A stretch of 64,000 nucleotides of DNA from the NCBI GenBank assembly GCA_947074105.1, contig CAMTON010000001.1:45814-109813 (forward strand), read 5' to 3'. The position numbers and the translations under genes were made by a program. Shown piece after piece: positions 20,030-31,089 of the stretch (position 1 is its first letter; every line of letters begins with the position of its first letter). Source of the stretch: an uncultured Bacteroidales bacterium (lineage in GTDB: Bacteria > Bacteroidota > Bacteroidia > Bacteroidales > JAUNSR01). Under the pieces are notes generated by a model, which saw nothing but the letters and a program-made list of their open reading frames with translations, searched no databases and had not been told where the DNA came from.

Positions 20030-20124
20030 TTTCTTTCAGACTGAAGGTTTTCCAATATATCTTATCTAAACAATAAAAAAAATAATATAAATCAATTTGT
20101 TATAGCAGATCTGATATCTATATA

Positions 20125-20167
20125 AAAAACTGCCGGTAATCTGAAATTACAGATACCGGCAGTTTTT
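20125..20167. terminator. Bidirectional terminator
   Basis: AAAAACTGCCGGTA...TACCGGCAGTTTTT between convergent genes. Confidence 0.85.
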
Positions 20168-20367
20168 GTTTTCAGATATAATCAGTAATAATCTCATAAT
20201 TACAGATGACAGTTACTACTGTTGCTTATTTTTTATCAGTTTTCTTATGTGAAGAATAACTTTAATATCTTTTCATAATTAATAATCGGTAATAGCATGA
20301 GTAAAGTCATGAGTAATGCATGAATTTTGTCATGAATATTAACCGGAAACAATTAATTATCAAGAGT

Positions 20368-21039
20368 TTATTTTCTTGCTTTTGCTATAAAGCCAAGAGA
20401 TTCTTTACATTTATCAGAGATAGCATCCCAGTTTTCCGCTTTGATAACATCTGCAGGGAAAAGATTAGATCCCATACCTACGCACGTTACTCCTGCTTTT
20501 ATCCAAGCGGTAAGATTCTCTTCTGTTGGTTCAACACCACCTGTAACCATAAGCATAGACCATGGCATAGGTGCTTTTACGTTCTTAACAAAAGATGGGC
20601 CGCCGACATTTCCTGCAGGAAATACCTTACAAAGATCACAGCCAAGTTCCTGAGCAAAACCTATTTCTGAAACGGAACCGCAACCCGGTGTATAAGGTAT
20701 AAGTCTTCTGTTGCATACTTTAGCTATTTCAGGATTAAATAATGGACCTACTATAAAGTTCGCTCCAAGCTGAATATAAAGAGCCGCTGTCGCAGGATCA
20801 ACAATTGATCCGATTCCAAGAATCATCTCAGGACATTCAACTGCAGCATATTTAACAAGTTCACCGAATACTTCCTGTGCAAAATCACCACGGTTAGTAA
20901 ATTCAAATGCTCTTACGCCACCCATATAGCAAGCTTTAACAACCTGCTTTGCAACTTCTAAATCTTTATTATAGAATACAGGTACCATTCCTGTTGCCGA
21001 CATTGCAGCTAATGTTTCTATTTTTGAGAATCTTGCCAT
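20368..21039 (-). CDS. eda: KHG/KDPG aldolase
   Basis: FEFTNRG, KVFPAG and MVTGGV motifs; downstream of kdgK. Confidence 0.93.
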   Translation of the reverse strand: MARFSKIETLAAMSATGMVPVFYNKDLEVAKQVVKACYMGGVRAFEFTNRGDFAQEVFGELVKYAAVECPEMILGIGSIVDPATAALYIQLGANFIVGPLFNPEIAKVCNRRLIPYTPGCGSVSEIGFAQELGCDLCKVFPAGNVGGPSFVKNVKAPMPWSMLMVTGGVEPTEENLTAWIKAGVTCVGMGSNLFPADVIKAENWDAISDKCKESLGFIAKARK

Positions 21040-21139
21040 TTTATATTTTTATTAATTCAAAAAGGAATCCCTTTCAAATAAAAGGGAATCTCCTGTCTTA
21101 TTATTTTTATTGCGGATTTTAATATAATATCAGAAAATA

Positions 21140-22162
21140 TTATCTCTGAACACGTCCCGAAGCATCACCACCGGCAAGAGCTTCAACTTCTTCTGTAGAA
21201 ACAAGATTGAAATCTCCGGGAATTGTGTGCTTAAGCGCAGACGCAGCGACTGCAAACTCAAGAGCCTCTGCCTGATTAGGTTTAGTAAGTAATCCGTGGA
21301 TAATACCACCTGAGAAAGAATCTCCTCCTCCTACTCTGTCGATAATAGGCTCGATATCATATCTTTTTGAAGTATAGAACTCTTTACCGTCATAGATAAG
21401 AGCTTTCCATCCGTTATGAGTTGCAGAGAAAGATTCGCGAAGAGTAGTAACTACAGTTTTAAAACCGAATGTTTCTCTCATCTGTTTGAATATTTCTTTG
21501 TAACCTTCAGCATCTGTATGTCCTGATTCCACATCTGCATCCGGTTTAAAACCAAGACAAAGTTCTGCATCTTCTTCATTACCTATGCATACGTCAACAT
21601 ATTCCATCAAAGGACGCATAATTGACTGAGCCTTTTCTTTTGTCCATAGTTTCTTTCTGAAGTTAAGGTCAACAGAAACTGTCACTCCGTGACGTTTAGC
21701 AGCCTGACATGCCAGCAATGTAAGTTCGGCAGCTTTATCTGAAATTGCAGGTGTAATGCCAGACCAGTGGAACCAGTCTGCACCTTTCATAATAGTATCA
21801 AAATCAAATTCTGTTGCATCAGCTTCAGAGATTGCAGAATGAGCACGGTCATAGATTACTTTACTTGGACGCATTGAAGCTCCTGTTTCAAGATAATAAA
21901 TACCTACTCTGTCACCGCCGCGTACGATATGATCCGTATGTACTCCATATTTTCTAAGAGCATTTACTGCTGACTGTCCTATCTCATGTTTTGGAAGTTT
22001 TGTTACGAAAAAAGCATCATGACCATAATTTGCACAGCTTACTGCGACATTTGCCTCTCCGCCACCATAAACTATGTCAAAAGAATCCGACTGTACAAAA
22101 CGTGTATTTCCGGGTGTTGACAGACGCAACATAATTTCGCCTAAGGTTACTATTTTACCCAT
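21140..22162 (-). CDS. kdgK: 2-keto-3-deoxygluconate kinase (PfkB family)
   Basis: GGGEANVA, DLNFRKKLW and DRVGGGDSF PfkB motifs. Confidence 0.93.
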   Translation of the reverse strand: MGKIVTLGEIMLRLSTPGNTRFVQSDSFDIVYGGGEANVAVSCANYGHDAFFVTKLPKHEIGQSAVNALRKYGVHTDHIVRGGDRVGIYYLETGASMRPSKVIYDRAHSAISEADATEFDFDTIMKGADWFHWSGITPAISDKAAELTLLACQAAKRHGVTVSVDLNFRKKLWTKEKAQSIMRPLMEYVDVCIGNEEDAELCLGFKPDADVESGHTDAEGYKEIFKQMRETFGFKTVVTTLRESFSATHNGWKALIYDGKEFYTSKRYDIEPIIDRVGGGDSFSGGIIHGLLTKPNQAEALEFAVAASALKHTIPGDFNLVSTEEVEALAGGDASGRVQR

Positions 22163-22207
22163 TTTTGTAAATATTTTATGTTATTATATGTGTTAATTTA
22201 AACGTTG

Positions 22208-22248
22208 CAAATATAAACTATTTATTGAAATCTATGCAACCGTTTGCG
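22208..22248 (-). promoter_or_regulatory. kdgK-eda promoter (-7 TATATTTG at 22208-22215) with a LacI-type operator (TGCAACCGTTTGCG, 22235-22248)
   Basis: TAnnTTTG match, plus a CG-centred near-palindrome of LacI-family type overlapping the -33 region. Confidence 0.6.
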
Positions 22249-22390
22249 CAAACTTTTTTTTATCATATTTTTAATGAGAAAAGTGTGATTGACATAGAGT
22301 TAAACTGCATATTGATATATGAATTCAGTATTTAGGATGGAACAAGGCTGCATGATTGACATAGAGTAAAGAAGCATTTGTCATATAATA

Positions 22391-22431
22391 AAAAAAGCCG
22401 TAAAGAAGAATTATTGTCTTTACGGCTTTTT
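22391..22431 (-). terminator. Rho-independent terminator
   Basis: AAAAAAGCCGTAAAGA...TCTTTACGGCTTTTT. Confidence 0.8.
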
Positions 22432-22479
22432 CACCAATCATTATCATTTTAAATTATGAAAAGATGATAATGCATTATC

Positions 22480-23253
22480 TTATATTGCTATATAAGGTTC
22501 CTTTCTCTCCATATATTTCTTTGTAAAATTATATGAAGCAAAACAATAAAGCAACCCGGCATATTTTTTTGCTCCTTTAGGACATGCAGCTATACAGTGA
22601 GAACATGTAATACATTTGTCCTTGTCCATTTTTTTAGGATTATCTATATCAATTGCAGATACGGGACATTGTCTGGCACAAAGTCCGCAAGAATTGCATT
22701 TATTATCCGTTTTGGGATGTAAAGGAATAGGTTTTGTAGGTCTGTAAGGAAAATTACCTCTTACTTCCAATGTGAAATCATCAATACTTCTTGTAAGTGC
22801 AGCGCTAAGGCTGTCAGCTCCGAATTTACCTGCAAGATTCATATCAGAACTGTCAGGTCTTGAAGAAGCAACTTTAGGAAAAATAGAATGTTCAGCTATA
22901 AAAGCGGCAGCGGATACTACTGCAAAACCGTTATTCTCAACTATATTTTTCAACTCAAGCAATGCATCGTCGAAATCTCTGTTGCCGTAAACACAAACCA
23001 CAATGGCAGGACTTCTTTTTCCTTTAAAACTATTAAGTTTCTCAATACTTGCAGCAGGTACTCTTCCTGAGAATACAGGAACTGCGAATATTGTAAGTTC
23101 ATCTTTATTAATAAGCGTTTCTTTGAATGTTCCGTAAAGCAGATTCTCATTAATTCCATAATCAAGACCGGTTCCTTTTTTTATAGCTTTTACGATAGCT
23201 TCCGTCGAACCGGTTGAACTGAAATAAATTGTGTTGATGTGTTTGAATTCCAT
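22480..23253 (-). CDS. EFR1-like flavodoxin/4Fe-4S ferredoxin fusion
   Basis: YFSSTGST flavodoxin start, VYGNRDFDDALLEL, and two CxxCxxCxxxCP motifs. Confidence 0.88.
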   Translation of the reverse strand: MEFKHINTIYFSSTGSTEAIVKAIKKGTGLDYGINENLLYGTFKETLINKDELTIFAVPVFSGRVPAASIEKLNSFKGKRSPAIVVCVYGNRDFDDALLELKNIVENNGFAVVSAAAFIAEHSIFPKVASSRPDSSDMNLAGKFGADSLSAALTRSIDDFTLEVRGNFPYRPTKPIPLHPKTDNKCNSCGLCARQCPVSAIDIDNPKKMDKDKCITCSHCIAACPKGAKKYAGLLYCFASYNFTKKYMERKEPYIAI

Positions 23254-23483
23254 AAAGATTATATGTAAGGTTAAATTAGTTTCTAAATATATTATATTTA
23301 ATGCATAATTACAACATAAGTATAAAGCTGCTAACTACTTATAAATTTTTACTAAAATAATGTATAAAAAAATATCTCTCAGATCTGTTATCCGAGAGAT
23401 ACTTCTTGTTAAATCCTGAACGGATTTTTTCTTATTCACTGCTTTTTATACCCTGAGAATAACCTCAGCTATATCTTATCCTA

Positions 23484-24845
23484 TTAATTTCCTCCACCTA
23501 GAGCCTGATAAAGATTTATCATACCCTGAATCTCGGCAAAACGGTTGGCGACATTTGAAAGTTTTGCAGAAAGAAGTGTCTGTTCTGCAGTAAGAACTTC
23601 AAGATAATTTGTAGAACCATTTTTCATCAAAAGTTGTGTACTTTTCACCGCACGCTCAAGGGATTCAAGCTGAAGATCAAGATTTTCACGTTTTGACTTT
23701 GCATTTTGCAGTGTTATCACCGCATCATTCACTTCACTTCCGGCTTTAAGAAGAGTTTGCTGAAAATTAAGGCGCGAGATTTCATACTGATTCTTCGCTG
23801 TCTTAAGATTTGCGATATTTTTCCCTTTATTAAATAATGGCTGAGTCAATGCCGCTGTCGCCGATTCAATCATTTTTCCGGGATTCATAATTACCTGTCC
23901 TAGACTATTGGTCCATCCAAGCGTTCCGCTAAGATTAAGAACAGGATAAAATGCCGATCTCGCAGAATTTACTCCGTAGAAAGCAGAACCAAGAGCAAAT
24001 TCGGCACTTCTTACATCCGGACGATTGCTAAGTAAAGTCAGAGGGATTCCGATTTCGAAATTCTCAGGAAAATACTGACGGTCAAGATCTCCTCTTTCGT
24101 ATTCAGACGGAGTTTCGGCAAGCAGAAGAGACAATCCGTTTTCTGCCTGACGAAGTTTCAGTTTAAGATCCTCAACGCTGTTGCACACATTATAATATGT
24201 AGCTTCAGTCTGAGCAACTCCCGCTTCATTATATTGGCCTGCTGCTTTAAGAGCTTTAGCCACACGTACACTTTCTTTCCATTTTGTCTGAGTTTCTTCA
24301 GTTATACTAAGCTGTTTCTCAAGCATTAGAATAGTATAATAATAATTAGCCACTGAAGCTATAAGCTGCGATTTAGTAGCTTGTTCCAGAGCTTTTGTCT
24401 GCTGAAGAGTCATCTTGGTACTTCTCTGCGCATTCAGTAAAGAACCGAATATATCAACCTGCCAGCTTGCACTGACAGGTAAAGTATAAGCTTTAAGTGC
24501 TGCAGAATGATCAAAACTGCTCAGACTTCCCTGCGGTGCTAGAGAAAGACCCGGAAGAAAAGAAAGATTGGCAGCCATTAATGATGCTTCAGCGCTTTCT
24601 ACTCTTAACCTTGCTGACTGAATATCAGTATTACTGATAAGAGCCTGCTCTATAAGCGACTTAAGATAACTGTCAGTGAAAAAATCTTTCCAGTCAACAT
24701 ATCCCAGACCTGTGCTGTCAGTCGCTATATCTATATCACCATAAAGATTCTGTTCTACAGTTTCTACCGGTTTATAAGAGTTATATATACCGCAGCTGCT
24801 CAGCATAAAGAGAGCTGCGGAAAGTGATAATATTATTTTTTTCAT
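23484..24845 (-). CDS. RND efflux outer-membrane lipoprotein (OprM/NodT family)
   Basis: Lipobox LSSC, NRPDVRSAE and LYQALGGG motifs. Confidence 0.92.
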   Translation of the reverse strand: MKKIILSLSAALFMLSSCGIYNSYKPVETVEQNLYGDIDIATDSTGLGYVDWKDFFTDSYLKSLIEQALISNTDIQSARLRVESAEASLMAANLSFLPGLSLAPQGSLSSFDHSAALKAYTLPVSASWQVDIFGSLLNAQRSTKMTLQQTKALEQATKSQLIASVANYYYTILMLEKQLSITEETQTKWKESVRVAKALKAAGQYNEAGVAQTEATYYNVCNSVEDLKLKLRQAENGLSLLLAETPSEYERGDLDRQYFPENFEIGIPLTLLSNRPDVRSAEFALGSAFYGVNSARSAFYPVLNLSGTLGWTNSLGQVIMNPGKMIESATAALTQPLFNKGKNIANLKTAKNQYEISRLNFQQTLLKAGSEVNDAVITLQNAKSKRENLDLQLESLERAVKSTQLLMKNGSTNYLEVLTAEQTLLSAKLSNVANRFAEIQGMINLYQALGGGN

Positions 24846-27800
24846 TCTTGTTCTCTCCTTTTCATTTTATCCTTTCTGTTCTGATGCATTTCCGCTTCTA
24901 TCTGACGGTCGGCATTTTCAGAGAATCTCATAGGTCTTATTTTCTCCTGAACACTTTGAAAGAAGATGAATAATGAAGGTACTATAAACAGAAGTGCCAA
25001 TGTACCTACAATCATCCCCCCTACTGTTCCCACACCAAGAGAGATATTACCGTTTGCTCCTACACCTTTGGCAAAAATCAAAGGAAGAAGACCGAATATC
25101 ATGGTAAGCGCAGTCATCAGGATAGGACGAAGACGAACTTTTGCTGCCGAAAGTGCAGCAGATACAATGCTCATTCCCTGAGCACGGCGAGCGCTGGCAA
25201 ACTCAGTCAAAAGAATAGCTGTCTTTGAAAGAAGACCGATAAGCATTATCAGACCCGTCTGCAGATAGATATTATTTTCCAGACCTATAATCTTAGCGAA
25301 GAAGAAACTTCCCACAAGACCGAAAGGAACGGAAAGAATAACCGCGAACGGAATAAGGAAACTTTCATAAAGCGCACAAAGTACAAGATAAACAAGGATG
25401 ATACAGATAGAGAAGATAATCACTGTATTACTTCCTTCCGCACTTTCCTCTCTTGTTATACCACCGAAGTCAAAGCTGTAACCTTTCGGAAGACTTGTAT
25501 GAGCAACTTCACGTATAGCTTTAATGGCATCACCGGAACTGTATCCGTCAGCCGCTGCTCCGTTAACTGCAATCGAGTTAAACATATTGAAACGGCTTAG
25601 AGCCTCCGGACCGTAAACTTTCTCCATTGTCACAAACTGGCTCACAGGAGCCATTTCTCCGTTTACTCTTACAAATATATTATCAAGAGATTCCTTGTCA
25701 AGACGATATTCCGGAGATGACTGAATCATAACCCTGTATACTTTAGAGAAACGGTTGATATTCGATACATACTGGCTACCATAATAACCGGATAAAGTAG
25801 AAAGAATCTCATTAGGAGTTATTCCTGCACGTTTTGCTTTCGCAGCATCAATATCGATCATCCACTGAGGGAAACGGATATCGAAAGGCGAATATGCGGA
25901 AGAGATCTCCGGACGCTGTCTTAACTCTGAAAGGAAACTCTGAGTCACATTAAAGAAATCCTCAACCGAACCGTCTGTTCTGTCCTGCATCTGAAGGTCA
26001 AAACCGTTACCCATACCGTAACCAGGGATCATACCCGGAGCCATGGCAAACACTCTGGCATCCTTAACATCTGCTGTAAGACCATAAATACGGCCTATCA
26101 CACCTTTAACCGAACTTTCCGGTTTTGTTCTTTCATCCCAGTCCTCAAGTTTAACAATAAACATACCGTTGGCTGAACCCTGTCCGGCAAGCATATTATA
26201 ACCTGATACTTTAGAATAAGTTCTTATTTCCGGAATATTCACTATTCTCGATTCAACCTGGTCCATTATTTCAGAAGTAGACAAAAGAGATGTTCCCGGA
26301 GCGGTATTTACAGAAATAAACACAGTTCCTTTATCCTCATCAGGTACAAGACCAGTTTTTGTATTCATCATAAGGAATGTAAGCCCTACAATCGCCGCAA
26401 CTACAAGAATTCCTGAAAGCCACTGACGACGGATAAAGAACATTACACCGTTTTTATATTTATCAACCATCACACTGAAAGCAGTATTGAAGGCTTTACG
26501 GAAACGGGCTGCGAAATTATCCTTAGCCTGACCGTTTTCATCAAGATACGGTTTCAGAATAAGAGCACATAAAGCAGGTGAAAGCGTAAGGGCATTAAGT
26601 GTTGAAATTGCTACGGCAATTGCCATCGTTACACCGAACTGAGTATAGAATGTACCGGCAGTACCACCCATGAATGTTACAGGAATAAATACCGACATAA
26701 ATACGATTGTCGTTGTAATAACAGCAGAAGTAATACTTCCCATCGCATCGACAGCCGCCTTATAAGGAGAACGGTAGCCGGAGTCAAATCTTTCCTGTAC
26801 GGCCTCAACTACCACAATGGCATCGTCCACCACCGTACCGATGGCAAGGATAAGTGCAAACAGTGTCAGAAGATTTATACTGAAACCTGCAATCTGAAGG
26901 AAGGCAAAAGTACCTATAAGAGAAATAACGATCGCAACCGAAGGTATGATCGTTGAGCGTAAATCCTGAAGGAATATATATACTATGAATATAACCAGAA
27001 GAATAGCTTCTATAAGAGTCTTGATTACGTCATTGATTGACGCCTCAAGAAAATCGTTCACACTCATAAGCTCGATGATCTCAACACCCGGAGGAAGATC
27101 CTTAGCAGCTTCTTCAAGGAATTTATCGATAGAGTTGTTAACCTCTGTCGCATTTGATCCCGCAGTCTGGAAAATCATACAGGAAATACCGGGTTTACCG
27201 TTTGTCTGACCTATATAGGCATAACTGTTACGCCCCAGTTCTATGTCAGCTACATCTTTCAGACGAAGCACACGGCCATTGTCATCAGACTGTATTACGA
27301 TATCTCCGAATTCTTCAGGCTGTACAAGACGACCTTTATAACGCATTGTGTATTGGAATGAAACATCTCCGTTTTCACCAAGATTACCAACGGCTGACTC
27401 TATATTCTGTTCTGCCAGAACTCTTGAAATATCTGAAGGAACAAGTTTATACTGAGCCATTACATCAGGCTTCATCCATATACGCATACTATAGTCTCCT
27501 CCCATCACCATGATATCACCGACACCGAAGATACGCTGAATTTCAGGCTTAAGATTGATAGCTACATAATTGGCAAGAAATCCTTCGTCATAAGTACTGT
27601 CGGGGCTGTACAGCGAAAAGATCTTAAGCATACTTGACTGTCTTTTCTGTACGGTAACACCGATCTGTGTAACCTCAGCCGGTAACTGAGCTGTAGCTCT
27701 TGCCACTTTATTCTGGACATTTACGGCAGCCATATCAGGATTCATTCCCTGTTTAAAATATACCGTAATTGTTACAGAACCTGAGTTTGTAGCAGTTGAA

Positions 27801-28039
27801 GTCATATAAGTCATACCTTCAACACCATTGATGGCTTCTTCAAGAGGAGCCACGACACTCTTTTGCAGTGTCTCCGCACTTGCTCCCGGATAAGATGTTG
27901 ACACCTGAATTGTAGGAGGCGCGATATCCGGATATTGTTCTACCGGCAAAGTGAAGAGCCCTATCACCCCGGCAAGGACAATAACTATTGAGATGACCGC
28001 AGATAAAATCGGACGGTCAATAAATTTTTTTACATTCAT
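24842..28039 (-). CDS. HAE1 RND multidrug efflux permease (AcrB/BmeB-like)
   Basis: FIDRPILS, GTVVDDAIVVVE and RLRPILMT motifs; 1065 aa. Confidence 0.95.
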   Translation of the reverse strand: MNVKKFIDRPILSAVISIVIVLAGVIGLFTLPVEQYPDIAPPTIQVSTSYPGASAETLQKSVVAPLEEAINGVEGMTYMTSTATNSGSVTITVYFKQGMNPDMAAVNVQNKVARATAQLPAEVTQIGVTVQKRQSSMLKIFSLYSPDSTYDEGFLANYVAINLKPEIQRIFGVGDIMVMGGDYSMRIWMKPDVMAQYKLVPSDISRVLAEQNIESAVGNLGENGDVSFQYTMRYKGRLVQPEEFGDIVIQSDDNGRVLRLKDVADIELGRNSYAYIGQTNGKPGISCMIFQTAGSNATEVNNSIDKFLEEAAKDLPPGVEIIELMSVNDFLEASINDVIKTLIEAILLVIFIVYIFLQDLRSTIIPSVAIVISLIGTFAFLQIAGFSINLLTLFALILAIGTVVDDAIVVVEAVQERFDSGYRSPYKAAVDAMGSITSAVITTTIVFMSVFIPVTFMGGTAGTFYTQFGVTMAIAVAISTLNALTLSPALCALILKPYLDENGQAKDNFAARFRKAFNTAFSVMVDKYKNGVMFFIRRQWLSGILVVAAIVGLTFLMMNTKTGLVPDEDKGTVFISVNTAPGTSLLSTSEIMDQVESRIVNIPEIRTYSKVSGYNMLAGQGSANGMFIVKLEDWDERTKPESSVKGVIGRIYGLTADVKDARVFAMAPGMIPGYGMGNGFDLQMQDRTDGSVEDFFNVTQSFLSELRQRPEISSAYSPFDIRFPQWMIDIDAAKAKRAGITPNEILSTLSGYYGSQYVSNINRFSKVYRVMIQSSPEYRLDKESLDNIFVRVNGEMAPVSQFVTMEKVYGPEALSRFNMFNSIAVNGAAADGYSSGDAIKAIREVAHTSLPKGYSFDFGGITREESAEGSNTVIIFSICIILVYLVLCALYESFLIPFAVILSVPFGLVGSFFFAKIIGLENNIYLQTGLIMLIGLLSKTAILLTEFASARRAQGMSIVSAALSAAKVRLRPILMTALTMIFGLLPLIFAKGVGANGNISLGVGTVGGMIVGTLALLFIVPSLFIFFQSVQEKIRPMRFSENADRQIEAEMHQNRKDKMKRREQE

Positions 28040-28050
28040 AAAACTCTCTA

Positions 28051-29154
28051 CTAATATTTTGTTTTAACAGGAGTACCCTCTCTTAACAGACCAACACCTT
28101 CAGTAATAATCTCTTCATTAACTCCAAGACCTGACAATACTGCATATTCTTTTCCTGAATTCAGAGGCTGAACAGTGATCTGTTTTGACGCCGCCTTTCC
28201 GTCTTTTACGGTATAGACATAATATTTATCCTGAATTTCAAATGTTGCAGAACTCGGTATTACGATAACATCTTCAATCTGATCAGGAAGAACGACATTC
28301 GCAGAGCTACCGCTGTAAAGTATACCGCCGGAATTATCAAATGCTGCACGAAGAGTCACGCTTCCGGTAGATTTATCGATAAGTCCGCTGATTGATTCTA
28401 TCTTACCTTTTTTATCATAAACAGTATTATCGTTAAGCTTAAGTTCAACAGGAGGTAAAGACTTAAGAACCTCTTCTTTTGAACCGTGTTTCTTTGTCAG
28501 GTTCAGAAGCTGAGTCTCATTCATTGAAAAATAAGCATACATTACTTTATTATCGGAGATAGTTGTCAACGGTTTTGCCATCTGAGCACTAACCATCGAA
28601 CCTACTCTGTAAGGAAGAGTTCCGATCACACCGTCTGATGGACTTTTCACCTCTGTATATGAAAGATTGTTTTTTGCAGTCTGCTCCTGAGCTTCCATTA
28701 AAGCAAGCTGAGCCTTAGCCGAAAGATAGGCATTCTCTGCATTCTTAAGATCAAATTCCGAAACCACGTCATTAGCGTAAAGTTCCTTCTTGCTGTCCAG
28801 AGTCAGACCGGCAGTAGCAAGGGCCGCTTTCGCCGCCTCAACATTAGCCTGAGCAGTTTTAAGAGCAGCCTTATAGTTTATCTGATCGATAATCATAAGT
28901 ACCTGACCTTTCTTTACTCTGTCACCCTCTTCAACGTTCAATTGTGTGATTATTCCTGATACCTGAGGAAAGATATCAATATCCTGAGTACCTCTTACTG
29001 CAGCCGAATAAGTCGAATTTACCGAAGTATTTGCTTTTGCAGTTTTTATAACTTTATATTCAGCAACCTGCTGAACAGGAGCTTCCGTCTTACAGGAAGT
29101 CAAAACAACACTACAGATGATTCCCAACATCTGAATACACCTTCTTACTACCAT
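28051..29154 (-). CDS. RND efflux periplasmic adaptor (MFP)
   Basis: Lipobox LTSC, PQVSGII...VEEGDRVKKGQ biotinyl-lipoyl-like motif and coiled hairpin. The start may be 29154 or 29160. Confidence 0.92.
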   Translation of the reverse strand: MVVRRCIQMLGIICSVVLTSCKTEAPVQQVAEYKVIKTAKANTSVNSTYSAAVRGTQDIDIFPQVSGIITQLNVEEGDRVKKGQVLMIIDQINYKAALKTAQANVEAAKAALATAGLTLDSKKELYANDVVSEFDLKNAENAYLSAKAQLALMEAQEQTAKNNLSYTEVKSPSDGVIGTLPYRVGSMVSAQMAKPLTTISDNKVMYAYFSMNETQLLNLTKKHGSKEEVLKSLPPVELKLNDNTVYDKKGKIESISGLIDKSTGSVTLRAAFDNSGGILYSGSSANVVLPDQIEDVIVIPSSATFEIQDKYYVYTVKDGKAASKQITVQPLNSGKEYAVLSGLGVNEEIITEGVGLLREGTPVKTKY

Positions 29155-29292
29155 AAACAATACTTTATTATTTTATTAATGCAAAGTTACTTTCTATTAA
29201 TAAAAATAATAAGTTCTTTTTTTGAGCTATTATGGTAATTATCGGAACAAAAACGACCTTAAAATCATAAATATTTTTAATTTTGTTTCTTT

Positions 29293-30147
29293 ATGGGAAC
29301 AAACAAGAAAACAAATCCTCTTTTTAAGCAGGAAGATAACGCTCTTTTGCTTACAGGTTATACGAATCTTGATTCTTGCAGAAACATGCTCACTAAATTT
29401 CCGTTTCTGACTATGATGTTGCATAAAAAAGGATACGCAAAAGTTCAGATCAATTTTGAAGAATATTACATTACTGAGCATACACAGGTCATAATGATTT
29501 CCCACAGTACTATTTCCGTACTTGAAGTATCTGATGACTTTGAAGTTATATATATATGTTTCAAACCTTCCGAGCTGATGCGTGTCGGGATAAAAATAGA
29601 CAACAAAGTATTAGGTTTTATAAAAAACAAGCCATGTTATCATCACCATCCTCAACGCTTTGCCATTATAACTTCTCTTGCTGAGTTAATCCTTCATTTC
29701 AATGAAGAGAAAGATAATGAATATAAAAACCGAATTATAAATAATCTTCTTCAGACTCTTTTTCTGGATCTTACGGATAAAGTAAGAAAATCACTTGAGA
29801 TAAAAGAATGGGATGACAGAAATACAGGACGTCACGACGAACTTTTCAAAAAGTTTATGTGGCTTGTCCACAATAACTGTATAAAGGAAAGAGAAGTAAA
29901 ATTCTATGCCGAAGAGTTATGTATATCTCCCCGTTATCTGTCAACTATCGTAAAGGATATTACCAAAACAAAGACTGCAAAACAGATCATCGATGACAAT
30001 GTCATTGCAGAGATTAAATATATTCTGGATTCAACCGATATGCAGATAAAAGATATTGTTGAACATTTACATTTTGCTGATGCTTCATTTCTGGGAAAAT
30101 ATTTCCGGAAACATACGGGTATGACTCTTCTGGAATACAGAAGCTGA
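29293..30147 (+). CDS. AraC family transcriptional regulator
   Basis: C-terminal FYAEELCISPRYLS...FADASFLGKYFRKHTGMT HTH; divergent from the efflux operon. Confidence 0.93.
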   Translation: MGTNKKTNPLFKQEDNALLLTGYTNLDSCRNMLTKFPFLTMMLHKKGYAKVQINFEEYYITEHTQVIMISHSTISVLEVSDDFEVIYICFKPSELMRVGIKIDNKVLGFIKNKPCYHHHPQRFAIITSLAELILHFNEEKDNEYKNRIINNLLQTLFLDLTDKVRKSLEIKEWDDRNTGRHDELFKKFMWLVHNNCIKEREVKFYAEELCISPRYLSTIVKDITKTKTAKQIIDDNVIAEIKYILDSTDMQIKDIVEHLHFADASFLGKYFRKHTGMTLLEYRS

Positions 30148-30217
30148 AAAATTCGGTAATATGTTATAAGAGACAACACACTACAACTTTTGAAAGAACG
30201 ATATTTAAATTAACGCC

Positions 30218-30907
30218 ATGTTCGAAATTCTATATTCAGACCAACATATAATAGTAATAAATAAGCCTAACGGCATTCTTGTACACCGTACTGCCTTATC
30301 CGCCAATGAGACAGAGTTTGTCGTACAGAAACTTCGTGAACAGACAGGCAGATATATTTATCCCGTTCACCGTCTTGACCGACCGACTTCAGGAGTTATA
30401 ATCTTCGCTTTCGATTCCGAAACAGCAGGAAAACTTAATATATCACTTGTCTCATCAGATGTTCATAAAAAATATCTTGCGCTTGTCAGAGGCTGGTTTC
30501 CGGAGAATGTCATTCTTGATTATCCGGTAAAAAACGAAAGGGGAACAATAAAAGAAGCAATAACAGAATTCCGCAATATCAGACATTTGATTCTTGACAT
30601 GCCGGTTGGAAATTTTCCTTCTGCACGATATTCTCTTATTGAATGTTCTCCGAAAACAGGTCGCTGGCATCAGATACGTCAGCATCTTGCCCACCTTAGA
30701 TATTATATAATAAATGACCGTGTTCACGGCGACGGCAAACATAACAATATATTCAAACACAAACTTAATATTGAACCTCTGTTTCTTCATGCTGCCGAAA
30801 TAGAATTCATCCATCCTCAGACGCAGGAAAAAATAAAAATCTGCGCTCCGCTTCCCCCTCACTGGCAACAGGCCTTTGATATTCTGAAAAATGAATCTCC
30901 GGATTGA
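30218..30907 (+). CDS. RluA/TruC family pseudouridine synthase
   Basis: VHRLDRPTSG catalytic motif, TGRWHQIRQHL and LFLHA. Confidence 0.9.
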   Translation: MFEILYSDQHIIVINKPNGILVHRTALSANETEFVVQKLREQTGRYIYPVHRLDRPTSGVIIFAFDSETAGKLNISLVSSDVHKKYLALVRGWFPENVILDYPVKNERGTIKEAITEFRNIRHLILDMPVGNFPSARYSLIECSPKTGRWHQIRQHLAHLRYYIINDRVHGDGKHNNIFKHKLNIEPLFLHAAEIEFIHPQTQEKIKICAPLPPHWQQAFDILKNESPD

Positions 30908-31089
30908 AAATTGAAACATTACATCAATTGGTCTGTACTTCTCATTTTTTAACCTAAAGCAATCCATTAACATGCTATAAATGAACAAAAAAAGGTTTAA
31001 AGTTTTCTTATCTGTAAAGAATAAAGAGTGCAGGGAGTGCATTTTTATTTATGTAGGTATGAAATCCGTTCATTAAAAATAAAATCTAT

